Shown here: positions 27,044 to 35,961 of the stretch, in pieces
Layout of the letters: the number at the start of each line of letters is the position of its first letter
Numbering within the stretch: the first letter of the stretch is position 1
Assembly: GCA_030627085.1 (NCBI GenBank)
Contig: DAOUSS010000001.1
Span: forward strand, 1-61,675
Direction of reading: 5' to 3'
Length of the DNA: 61,675 bases
Source: Candidatus Stahliibacteriota bacterium
GTDB taxonomy: Bacteria; Hydrothermota; UBA3073
Notes under the pieces: generated by a model
Databases searched by the model: none
Told to the model about the DNA's origin: nothing
The model's input: the letters and a program-made list of their open reading frames with translations, nothing else
Translations under genes and position numbers: made by a program

Positions 27044-27433
27044 ATGACTATGGCACATAGCAGGGAATACAAAGGGTTTCGGGATTTGAAGGCATACCAG
27101 TTGGCATACAAATTGGCGATGAAGATTTTTGAAGAGACCAAGCATTTCCCCGTCGAGGAGAAATACGGCTTAACGAGTCAAATCAGAAGGTCATCACGCT
27201 CTGTTCTTGCTAATATTGCAGAAGCGTGGAAGAAAAGAATTTACAAGAAGGCATTTGTAAATAAATTGATAGATAGCTATGGAGAGGCAGGGGAAACAGA
27301 AGTATGGTTAGATATGTCTCTTGATAGTGGTTATCTGGGTAAAGAAAAACATAAATACTTTCTTAACGGGTATGAGGAAGTAGGCAAAATGTTATATGGA
27401 ATGATTAGTCAACCAGAGAAATTTTGTTCCTGA
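27044..27433 (+). CDS. four-helix-bundle protein ('23S rRNA intervening-sequence protein' family)
   Basis: FRDLKAYQLAYKLAMKIFEETKHFP..EKYGLTSQIRRSSRSVLANIAEAW is the hallmark N-terminus of this family. About 125 aa. The start could be ATG 27050. Confidence 0.85.
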   Translation: MTMAHSREYKGFRDLKAYQLAYKLAMKIFEETKHFPVEEKYGLTSQIRRSSRSVLANIAEAWKKRIYKKAFVNKLIDSYGEAGETEVWLDMSLDSGYLGKEKHKYFLNGYEEVGKMLYGMISQPEKFCS

Positions 27434-27436
27434 TAC

Positions 27437-27500
27437 TGCTTACTCCTTACTGCCTACTGCTTACTGCCTACTGCTTACTGCCTACTTCTTACTGCTTACT
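27437..27500. repeat. heptamer array (tactgcy x ~9), 3' arm of the stem enclosing the four-helix-bundle ORF
   Basis: ctgcttactccttactgcctactgcttactgcctactgcttactgcctacttcttactgcttact, with a period of 7. Confidence 0.85.
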
Positions 27501-27515
27501 AAAATAAGGGGGAAG

Positions 27516-28403
27516 ATGAAAAAATTAGGCTGGATTACAGTGGTTGTTATTGTAGGAGCTATCGCTTGTCGAATCGTCCAATACTTTAAGACAGGAGAAC
27601 CCGTAAAATCTGTGACTGAGGTTGCAACTGAGGTAGTAATAGAAGAGGTTAGAAGGGATTACATTGCTCAGACTCTTTCCTATACTGGAAATATTGCAGG
27701 TGAAGAACAAGTAACTGTTCACCCTATTGAAGAAACTGGCAGATTGATTAAATATTTGGTTAAAGAAGGGGATGTAGTCAAAAAGGGGCAGGTAATTGCC
27801 CTTGTAGATAGGTCTATTAAGGGTATGGAATTTCAATCTGCAAAGATTACATCACCAATATCAGGAATTGTAGGGATGTTATTTCTTGATAAGGGAGCAA
27901 TGGTGGCGCCGCAGACTCCAATTGCTATGATTGCTGATATAGACAGAATAAAAGTGAAGATTCAGGTCGTAGAAAGAGACTTGCCAAAGGTTCATAAAGG
28001 ACAATCGGCGGTTATAACAGTGAATGCTTATCCAGATAAAAAGTTTCAGGGTAAATTAAAGCAGCTCTCTCCATTTGTTAATCCGATGACAAAAGCGTCG
28101 AAGGGAGAGATTATCGTGCCAAATCAAGAACATCTCTTAAAGCCTGGGATGTTTACGAGGGTAGAATTAATAATAGAGGAACATACCAACACCATTGTGG
28201 TTCCCGAAAAAACGGTTATTGAAAAGGATGGCAAGAGAGTCGTTTTTGTTTTGAAAGAAGAGTATGCGGAGATGCGAGAGGTTGAGACCGGTATTGAAAA
28301 CGAAGGTTCCATTGAAATATTAAAAGGATTAAAAATAGGAGAAAAGGTTATCACCTTGGGTAATTATGGACTCCGGGACGGAGCAAAAGTGAGGGTAAAA
28401 TGA
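27516..28403 (+). CDS. RND efflux periplasmic adaptor (MFP/HlyD family)
   Basis: N-terminal anchor, lipoyl-like hairpin (GDVVKKGQVIALVD ... SPISGIV), C-terminal beta-barrel. The stop overlaps the RND pump start. Confidence 0.9.
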   Translation: MKKLGWITVVVIVGAIACRIVQYFKTGEPVKSVTEVATEVVIEEVRRDYIAQTLSYTGNIAGEEQVTVHPIEETGRLIKYLVKEGDVVKKGQVIALVDRSIKGMEFQSAKITSPISGIVGMLFLDKGAMVAPQTPIAMIADIDRIKVKIQVVERDLPKVHKGQSAVITVNAYPDKKFQGKLKQLSPFVNPMTKASKGEIIVPNQEHLLKPGMFTRVELIIEEHTNTIVVPEKTVIEKDGKRVVFVLKEEYAEMREVETGIENEGSIEILKGLKIGEKVITLGNYGLRDGAKVRVK

Positions 28404-31400
28404 ATCTACCCCAGTTTTCTGTAAATAGAAGGGTTACTATCACTATGGTGGTCCTCATAATAGTCCTCTTGGGATTCATATCGTTGAGTAAACTTGGGCT
28501 GGACCTCCTTCCAGATATTGAATACCCTGTTGTAAGTATAATGACAACCTATCTGGGTGTAGCTTCTCAGGAGATGGAAGAGCAAGTAACGAGACCAATA
28601 GAAGAATCAGTCTCAATGATAAGTGGGGTAAAATCTGTAAGTTCGAGCTCAGAGGAAGGCGTTTCAGTAGTAATCGTGGAATTTGAGTGGGGAACCAACC
28701 TTGATTTCGCAGCACAGGATATCAGGGATAGGATTGGTCTCATTGGGGATTGGCTTCCCGAGGATGTTTCAACCCCTCTGGTCCTTAAATTTGACCTCTC
28801 TATGATGCCGGTTGTCTTTTATGGTGCCACGGGTAATTGTAATCTGAAGGAACTTCGTAAAGTCCTTGAAGAAAGGGTGAAAGACAGAATAGAAAGGATA
28901 AACGGAGTAGCATCCTGTATGTTAATGGGAGGCCAAGAGAGGGAAATAAATATATCCATTGATAAAGCAAAACTTGTCTCCTATAATCTTGGGCTCACCC
29001 AAGTTATATCAGCACTCCGGACAGCAAATTTAAATTTTAGTGCAGGACATATCATCCGGGGATACAAAGAATATTCAATAAGGATAGTGGGAGAATATGA
29101 AAGCATTGACGAGATAGGGAATACAATAATAGGTGGTAAACAGGAAAGCCCTATCTATCTCAAAGACATCGCAGAACTCAAAGATACACATAAAGAGATC
29201 AGGAGCTATGGAAGAACACAGGGGAAAGAAAGTATCGTGGTGTTCATAACAAAACAGGCTGGATCAAATACTGTAGTAATTTCCAATAAAGTAACCAAAG
29301 AAATCGAAAAGATCAAGACTTCCCTTCCTCACAATATACAACTTCATCTGTTTTTTGACCAAGGGGATATGATAAAGAAAATAAGCAAAAGGACCGGGGA
29401 AACTGCTCTCTGGGGTGGTATCTTTGCTATTTTGTTTATATTCTTTTTCTTGCGGAACTGGAGACCCACTCTAACCATTGCTCTTGCTATACCATTTTCA
29501 ATCATTGTGACCTTCATAGCCATTTACTTTGCTGGTTATACTCTCAATCTGATGACTCTTGCAGGAATAGCCCTTGGGGTTGGGATGTTGGTTGATAATG
29601 CTGTAGTGGTGATTGAAAACATACATCGGAAAATGGAAGAAGGAAGCGATAGAAAGGATGCTGCAATATATGGAACCACAGAAGTTGGAATGGCAATTAC
29701 AGCCTCAACACTCACTACTGTCTCTGTATTTGTACCCCTTATTTTTTCTGCTGGCATTGCAGGCAGATTGTCCAGAAGCCTTGCTCTTACAATATCCTTT
29801 GCTCTTTTTGCATCTCTCTTTATAGCTTTTACTTTAGTCCCTATGCTCGCATCCACATTATTTAAAAAAAGGAGGGAAATCCCATGGGAGAGAAAGTTTG
29901 ATAAATTCAGAGGAAAATATGGAAGATTTCTACAATACGCTCTTACCCATAGAAGGAGGACACTTTTAACGACAGTTGTAATATTTATTATCACATTGTG
30001 CCTAATTCCTCTTGTAGGTACAGAATTTATGCCCCAAATGGACATACCTTTCTTATCAATAAATGTTACAATGCCCGTTGGAACCTCTCTTGAAGAGACA
30101 AATAGAGTTTCCTCCGAACTTGAGAATATTTTTAAGGATATCCCAGAAGTAGAAAATACAAGTTCTTGGATAGGGCTGAGTGAGGCAACGCAATATGATG
30201 TGGCGTACGGGTCAATGAGTGCAGGAGTAAATCAGGCTCAGGTGATGGGAAAATTAGTTGAAAGAAATGCTCGTAAAAGGTCTGCCCAGGAGATTATAGA
30301 GGAGATAAGAAAAAAGATTCCTCATATAGAAGGAGCAAATATAGAATTTGCTGATATGGGAGGGCAAATGTTTGGAGGTGGAGGCGGACCTCCAATAAAT
30401 GTAAAGATTTTTGGCAAAGATTTATCCATTCTCAAAAGAATCTCCGAACAAATCGCATCCGAAATAGACGATGTAAAAGGTATAAAGGATATAGATACAT
30501 CTCTCAGGCAAGGGAAACCAGAATTGCAAGTAAGGATTGATAAAGAGAAAGCGGCTCTATTTGGGTTAACTGTGTATCAGATAGGGCAGGAAGTGAGGAC
30601 AGCTACTCAAGGTATGGTTGCTTCAAGATTCAGAGAAAAGGGTGAAGAAGTAGATATGTTAGTAGAATTTAGAAATGAGGATGTGAAGGCAGTAAAGGAT
30701 ATTGAAAATATTCCTATTATGACTCCTCCTGGCACAAGTATTCTTTTGAAACAAGTTGCAGAGATAGTTTTAACTGAGGGTCCCGTAAGGATAGAAAGAG
30801 AAGAGCAAAACAGGAAGGTCTCGGTTACTGCAAATATTGAGCACAGAGATTTAGGAAGTGTTGTGGGGGATATTGCGAAGAAGGTTGAGCCAATAAAAAA
30901 GACCCTTCCATCGGGCTATTCGATAGAATTTGGTGGCGAATATGAACAGATGAAAGAAACTTTCATAACTCTGGGTATTGCCTTCATTCTCGCTATAATC
31001 CTTATATATATGGTAATGGCTGCCCAATTTGAATCATTTGTTCATCCATTTGTCATAATGTTTACTATGCCATTAGCTTCCGTAGGGGTAATTTGGGCAT
31101 TATTTATCACCCATAAGGCAGTATCAATGCCAGCCCTTATGGGAGTGATAATCCTTGCAGGTATTGTAGTAAATAATGCTATAGTATTTATAGACTATAC
31201 CAATCGTCTACGGAAGAAGGGATTGGAGATATACGAAGCCCTTATATTAGCTGGAAAAACGAGGTTGAGACCCATTCTAATAACCGCTTTTACAACTATT
31301 TTAGGAATGTTACCTATGGCACTCAGTCGTTCTGAAGGTTCAGAGATGAGGTCCCCTATGGCTATTGTGGTAATGGGTGGATTATTTGTTTCCACACTAC

Positions 31401-31501
31401 TCACTCTAATAGTTATTCCCATTATCTACACAATTTTTGATGACCTCGCACAGAAACTAAGGGCAAGGACAAAGAGGGTTATACATGGAGATGAAGGATA
31501 G
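28400..31501 (+). CDS. RND efflux transporter permease (AcrB/HAE1-like)
   Basis: 1033 aa, 12-TM/two-large-loop architecture, conserved GIALGVGMLVDNAVVVIENI and LAGIVVNNAIVFIDY segments. Confidence 0.95.
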   Translation: MNLPQFSVNRRVTITMVVLIIVLLGFISLSKLGLDLLPDIEYPVVSIMTTYLGVASQEMEEQVTRPIEESVSMISGVKSVSSSSEEGVSVVIVEFEWGTNLDFAAQDIRDRIGLIGDWLPEDVSTPLVLKFDLSMMPVVFYGATGNCNLKELRKVLEERVKDRIERINGVASCMLMGGQEREINISIDKAKLVSYNLGLTQVISALRTANLNFSAGHIIRGYKEYSIRIVGEYESIDEIGNTIIGGKQESPIYLKDIAELKDTHKEIRSYGRTQGKESIVVFITKQAGSNTVVISNKVTKEIEKIKTSLPHNIQLHLFFDQGDMIKKISKRTGETALWGGIFAILFIFFFLRNWRPTLTIALAIPFSIIVTFIAIYFAGYTLNLMTLAGIALGVGMLVDNAVVVIENIHRKMEEGSDRKDAAIYGTTEVGMAITASTLTTVSVFVPLIFSAGIAGRLSRSLALTISFALFASLFIAFTLVPMLASTLFKKRREIPWERKFDKFRGKYGRFLQYALTHRRRTLLTTVVIFIITLCLIPLVGTEFMPQMDIPFLSINVTMPVGTSLEETNRVSSELENIFKDIPEVENTSSWIGLSEATQYDVAYGSMSAGVNQAQVMGKLVERNARKRSAQEIIEEIRKKIPHIEGANIEFADMGGQMFGGGGGPPINVKIFGKDLSILKRISEQIASEIDDVKGIKDIDTSLRQGKPELQVRIDKEKAALFGLTVYQIGQEVRTATQGMVASRFREKGEEVDMLVEFRNEDVKAVKDIENIPIMTPPGTSILLKQVAEIVLTEGPVRIEREEQNRKVSVTANIEHRDLGSVVGDIAKKVEPIKKTLPSGYSIEFGGEYEQMKETFITLGIAFILAIILIYMVMAAQFESFVHPFVIMFTMPLASVGVIWALFITHKAVSMPALMGVIILAGIVVNNAIVFIDYTNRLRKKGLEIYEALILAGKTRLRPILITAFTTILGMLPMALSRSEGSEMRSPMAIVVMGGLFVSTLLTLIVIPIIYTIFDDLAQKLRARTKRVIHGDEG

Positions 31502-31648
31502 AATGGGGATTGTAGCATATCCTTAAGGGAATTTCTTGTTTCTCTCTTCCACCCCGATGTTCTACCTCACGTTCGCATATTTCTTTTTATAATTACCCCG
31601 CAAAAATTTAATCGTCCACTTTTCCCTCAAATCTAACATAAAAAAAAC

Positions 31649-31677
31649 TTGACATTCCTTGAGTTTTATGATATAAT
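31649..31677 (+). promoter_or_regulatory. sigma70-type promoter TTGACA-N17-TATAAT for era
   Basis: ttgaca 31649-31654, 17-nt spacer, tataat 31672-31677. Confidence 0.6.
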
Positions 31678-31705
31678 CTGATACTGTGAAAAATAATACG
31701 AAAGA

Positions 31706-31926
31706 AACCACAGAGGTCACAGAGATAAATCAAAAATCAAAATGTAAATATCAAAATTATCCTCGGGATCCGTATGGACATATTAAAATGTAAAATTTAT
31801 TCCGGTTGGGCATAAACTGAAGGCTGATTGAGAATCTTTCCTAGAAAACATTTTTGAATTTTGATTTGTCATTTTGCATTTTGATATTTGATTTTTACAT
31901 TTCTATCTTTTGTGTTCTCTGTGGTT
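31706..31926. repeat. 221-bp inverted-repeat element with CCACAGAG-type termini in the era 5' UTR
   Basis: Left arm aaccacagaggtcacagagataaatcaaaaatcaaaatgtaaatatcaaaatt (31706-31759); right arm gaattttgatttg...tgtgttctctgtggtt (31856-31926). The termini are identical to those of the element at 53790-53961. Confidence 0.85.
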
Positions 31927-31959
31927 AGGTTTTTTACAATGTCGATCTAAATTGTATCT

Positions 31960-32826
31960 ATGAAATCAGGATTTTGCGCGATACTCGGTAGAGCAAATGT
32001 GGGTAAATCCACATTCCTGAACAGGGTTCTTGCCAAGAAACTTTGTGCTGTATCAGACAAACCTCAAACTACACGCCATAGGATTCTTGGCATACTAACC
32101 GATGAAAGTTCACAGATAGTTTTTGTGGATACTCCCGGAGTAATCAAACCTTATTACGAACTGCAAAAAGTTATGATAAAGACGGCATTTTCAAGTCTTG
32201 CGGGAGCAGATGTAGTAATGGTTATGGTTGAACCATATATTATTGAGGAAGAACTCTTTCATAAGATAAAGGATATTCCTGTAATTGTGGCAATAAATAA
32301 AATTGACCTCTTAAAAAAGAGAGATTCTTTATACTCTCTTGTTGGCAGATACGAAGAGATGCCAGACATAACAAAAATCTGTCCCATCTCTGCCCTGACA
32401 GGCGAAGGGATAAATACACTACTGGATGAAATAAGAAATCTTCTACCTGAAGGAGAACCATTCTATCCGGAGGATGTGCTCTCAGATAGAGACGAACGAT
32501 TTTTTTGCAGTGAAATTATAAGAGAGAAACTTTTTAAAACCTGTGGTAAAGAAATACCATACACAGCAGCAGTGGTCATAGACGAGTTTATAGAGAGAGA
32601 AAAGGGGAAAACATATATAAAGGCTATAATGTATGTGGATAAAGAATCTGCAAAGGGTATAATTATAGGCAAGAGTGGCGAAAAATTAAAGAAAATAGGT
32701 GGCCTTGCAAGAGCGGAGATAGAATACTTTATTGCAAAACCTGTCTATCTGGACCTGTGGGTTAAAGTTCGCAAAGGATGGAGAAAAAATATAAATGATA
32801 TAAGGGAGTTTGGATACACAAGTTAG
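31960..32826 (+). CDS. era: GTPase Era
   Basis: G1 GRANVGKST, G3 DTPG, G4 NKID, C-terminal KH domain (IIIGKSGEKLKKIG). Confidence 0.95.
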   Translation: MKSGFCAILGRANVGKSTFLNRVLAKKLCAVSDKPQTTRHRILGILTDESSQIVFVDTPGVIKPYYELQKVMIKTAFSSLAGADVVMVMVEPYIIEEELFHKIKDIPVIVAINKIDLLKKRDSLYSLVGRYEEMPDITKICPISALTGEGINTLLDEIRNLLPEGEPFYPEDVLSDRDERFFCSEIIREKLFKTCGKEIPYTAAVVIDEFIEREKGKTYIKAIMYVDKESAKGIIIGKSGEKLKKIGGLARAEIEYFIAKPVYLDLWVKVRKGWRKNINDIREFGYTS

Positions 32827-32833
32827 AAAATAG

Positions 32834-32906
32834 CCCACAGAATACACGGAATACACTGAAGAAATAAATGAAAAATAAATCCCGTGGTCTCCGTGTCCTC
32901 CGTGGG
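32834..32906. repeat. 9-bp-word hairpin (cacagaa/cacggaa vs ctccgtg)
   Basis: cccacagaatacacggaatacac (32834-32856) pairs with cccgtggtctccgtgtcctccgtggg (32881-32906), between era and gatB. Confidence 0.8.
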
Positions 32907-32923
32907 AGATAAGATTAACCAAA

Positions 32924-34336
32924 ATGCAAGAATACGAAGCAGTCATAGGAATGGAGCTTCATGTTCAACTCAAAACAAGGACTAAACTCTTTTGTTCTTG
33001 CCCAGTTGAGTCTGAAAGCGAAGCCAATACACTTGTATGTCCTATCTGCGCAGGGTTTCCCGGAACTCTTCCTGTATTAAATGAAGAGGCGGTAAAACTT
33101 GCTGTGCGTACTGCTCTGACACTTGGATGCAAAGTAAATAAAATGTCTGTCTTTTCAAGGAAAAACTATTTCTATCCCGACCTACCTAAAGGTTATCAGA
33201 TAACGCAATATGAACATCCGTTGGCAGAAGAAGGAAAGTTAATAATAGGAAATAGAAATATAAGGATAAGGAGGGTCCACCTTGAGGAAGACTCAGGAAA
33301 ACTTATACATACAGAAGATACAACCCTTATCGACCTCAACAGAGCAGGAGTTCCACTTGTAGAGATAGTCACCGAGCCTGATATTCACTCTCCAAAAGAG
33401 GCATATAGTTATATAACAAAATTAAGGGAAATCTTAAGATATATTGGTGTATCAAATGCGGATATGGAAAAGGGTGAACTCCGATGCGAGCCGAATGTAT
33501 CTGTTCACCGTAAAGGAGAACCTCTCGGAACAAGAAGGGAAATAAAAAATCTAAACTCAATAAGACAGGTAGAGAATGGAATAAAATATGAGATAGAACA
33601 ACAGATAAATTCACTGAAGAAGGGAAGACCTGTAGAACGGGCAACTCTCCTCTGGGATGAGAAACAAAAAGTAACAAAAGTGATGAGAAGGAAAGAAACA
33701 GAAGAGGATTACAGGTACTTTGATGAGCCTGATCTTCCACCGCTCTGTATATCAGATTCTTTCCTAAAGGAACAATGGAATTGTATAGGAGAACTCCCTG
33801 ATGAAAGGAGAGAGCGAGTGCGTAAACAGTATGGATTGGCTCAAAATGACGCAGACACCCTCGTCTCAAGGAAACTTCTGGCCGATTATTTTGAGGATGT
33901 AACGAAAATAACAAAAGATGCAAGACTTACAGCAGGTTTTATACTCGTGGAACTGCTCGGCTTTCTGAACGAAAATAGTATAAGGATCGAAGATAATCCC
34001 ATCTCTCATACGAGCCTATCCGAACTTATCTCTCTCATGAAAAAAGGCGTCATAACCAGAACGGTTGCGAGAAATATACTACCAAAGATAACCAAAGGAC
34101 AGTCTCCGATGAAAGTTGTTAAACAGCTTGGTCTTGAGAAAATGGAGGAAAAAGAGGAAATGGAGAAGATTGTACAGGGTGTTCTGAATAAATATCCAGA
34201 TGAGGTTAAAAGATACAAAGAAGGCAAAAGTGGACTCTTTGGTTTCTTTGTGGGAGAGGTTATGAAGGCAACGAGAGGAAAGGCTAATCCGAACATTGTA
34301 GGCGAACTACTGAAAGAGCGGCTAAGTAAAATTTAA
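32924..34336 (+). CDS. gatB: Asp-tRNA(Asn)/Glu-tRNA(Gln) amidotransferase subunit B
   Basis: YEAVIGMELHVQL...CPICAGFPGTLPVLN N-terminus and the C-terminal YqeY/GatB tail (FGFFVGEVMKATRGKANP). Confidence 0.95.
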   Translation: MQEYEAVIGMELHVQLKTRTKLFCSCPVESESEANTLVCPICAGFPGTLPVLNEEAVKLAVRTALTLGCKVNKMSVFSRKNYFYPDLPKGYQITQYEHPLAEEGKLIIGNRNIRIRRVHLEEDSGKLIHTEDTTLIDLNRAGVPLVEIVTEPDIHSPKEAYSYITKLREILRYIGVSNADMEKGELRCEPNVSVHRKGEPLGTRREIKNLNSIRQVENGIKYEIEQQINSLKKGRPVERATLLWDEKQKVTKVMRRKETEEDYRYFDEPDLPPLCISDSFLKEQWNCIGELPDERRERVRKQYGLAQNDADTLVSRKLLADYFEDVTKITKDARLTAGFILVELLGFLNENSIRIEDNPISHTSLSELISLMKKGVITRTVARNILPKITKGQSPMKVVKQLGLEKMEEKEEMEKIVQGVLNKYPDEVKRYKEGKSGLFGFFVGEVMKATRGKANPNIVGELLKERLSKI

Positions 34337-34528
34337 ACCACAGAGACCAAGCCACTGATTGCACTGATTAGTTAGATTTCAGATTTTAGAAGGATACTAT
34401 ACCCTACGACGCTACGACTCTATGACCCAATGACTCAATGACCAAATAACCTAATGACCTAATAACTATGTTAATCTGCGTTAATCTGCGTCCAATTCTC
34501 TTTTTGTTTCTCTGTGTACTCTGCGGTT
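34336..34528. repeat. 193-bp composite element bounded by aaccacagag ... ctctgcggtt
   Basis: The interior carries cactgatt x2, ctacgac/aatgacc arrays (34401-34467) and ttaatctgcg x2 (34470-34493). The inner part is an inverted copy of 55937-56010. Confidence 0.8.
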
Positions 34529-34686
34529 AAAATTATGAAGAAGATTACACGAAGAAAATTTATTAAGTTTCTGGGAATTTTTGGCATTTTCCTTTTTATT
34601 CCCAAAATCAAGCTGAGAATAAAGGGGAAAAGGGTTACGAAATCCGAACTTCGCAAAAAACATAATCTTGCAGGATAGTTTTTTTC

Positions 34687-34715
34687 TTGCAATTCTGCAA
34701 ATTTTATGTTATAAT
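34687..34715 (+). promoter_or_regulatory. sigma70-type promoter TTGCAA-N17-TATAAT with TGn extension
   Basis: ttgcaa 34687-34692, tg 34707-34708, tataat 34710-34715. Upstream of the TPR lipoprotein gene. Confidence 0.55.
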
Positions 34716-34740
34716 ACCTCTGCCTTTAGAAACAAACTTG

Positions 34741-34890
34741 GCCCACGGAGGACACTGACATAAAAAACAAAATTTTTCAAATTTAACCTCGAGATGACAC
34801 AAGCGGAATGAATAGAATCTTGGGGTTTATTTAAAAAAGCAAAGTTTTTGAAATACATTAAGTTCCGTGTATTTCGTGTTTTTCGTGGGG
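34741..34890. repeat. 150-bp inverted-repeat element (cacggag / ttcgtg words) in the 5' UTR of the TPR gene
   Basis: gcccacggaggacactgac (34741-34759) versus ttccgtgtatttcgtgtttttcgtgggg (34864-34890). Confidence 0.75.
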
Positions 34891-34959
34891 AACTTCTTTT
34901 TCTGACTTGGTGCCTTCGTGGTTAAGCTTTTGGGTTTTCCTTTAACATGAGGAGGAGAT

Positions 34960-35961
34960 ATGCGTGGAGTGCCCAGCATAATGGTAGTCCTGCTGATGCT
35001 CGCTGGATGTGCGTCACAGGAGATGACATCTGGTAAGATTTACATGCAACAGGAGGACTGGGACAAGGCAATTGAGTTCTTTTCTCAAGAAGTACAAAAG
35101 AATCCAACAAATGCAGAGGCGTATATGTGGCTTGGCAGAGCATATACCCAGAAAAGAGAATATGAAAAGGCGTCAGACTGTTTTAATGAAGCGAGAAAAA
35201 TAAATCCGGATATAATAACAGAAAAAGAGAGATTGTTTATATGGGGAGTATACAATGCCGCCGGAGAACAAGCGACGACTAAAGAGGACTATGCCAGAGC
35301 TATTTCCTATCTCACAGAATCTCTTGAACTGGAATCCGACTCTGTGATTACATACACCTATCTGGCTTATGCATACTCTAAGATGCAGGATACAACGAAT
35401 ACAATAAAAAATTACACTCTTGCTATTGAGAAGAACCCATCTGGTATCGCTACAAGAACGCAATTCGCTCTATATTATATGGAAATAAAAAACTACGAGA
35501 ATGCAACAAAGGTGTTCAAAGAAGTAGTAGATATTGATTCCCTCAATAGTGATGTATTATATCATATGGGCGTTTGCTATACTTATTTGGAGGATTTTGA
35601 TAATGCCGAAAATTGTTTTAAAAAAGTAATTGAAATTGATCCAGCCAATGAAGATGCTTATTTCAATCTTGCTATGACACTGATACGGAAGAAAGATATG
35701 GACGGTGCAAAGGTAACTCTTGAGAAAGCGGTGGAAATAAACCCAGAGGACGCAGAGGCATATTCATTCCTTGGCTCTATATATCTGCAGGAAAAGAAAT
35801 ATAATGAGTCAATTGATGCATATACAAAGGCAATTGAGTTACATCCAGATGACCCTATTCTATACTATAACCGTGCCTCTGCATATTTCGGATTGGGAGA
35901 GACCAAAAAACAGAAAGCAGATGAGACGAAGGCAAAGGAGTTAGAGAAGAGTGAGCGATGA
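34960..35961 (+). CDS. tetratricopeptide-repeat lipoprotein
   Basis: Lipobox LLMLAGC, then about 8 TPR units (AEAYMWLGRAY..., EDAYFNLAMTL..., AEAYSFLGSIY...). Confidence 0.8.
   Translation: MRGVPSIMVVLLMLAGCASQEMTSGKIYMQQEDWDKAIEFFSQEVQKNPTNAEAYMWLGRAYTQKREYEKASDCFNEARKINPDIITEKERLFIWGVYNAAGEQATTKEDYARAISYLTESLELESDSVITYTYLAYAYSKMQDTTNTIKNYTLAIEKNPSGIATRTQFALYYMEIKNYENATKVFKEVVDIDSLNSDVLYHMGVCYTYLEDFDNAENCFKKVIEIDPANEDAYFNLAMTLIRKKDMDGAKVTLEKAVEINPEDAEAYSFLGSIYLQEKKYNESIDAYTKAIELHPDDPILYYNRASAYFGLGETKKQKADETKAKELEKSER

Noticed and set aside
27437-27500. Tandem arrays considered as CRISPR (27437-27500, 48198-48253, 14041-14067 and others).
   Set aside because: The periods are 7-14 bp with no unique spacers, the arrays are 60 bp or shorter, and no cas genes are present.
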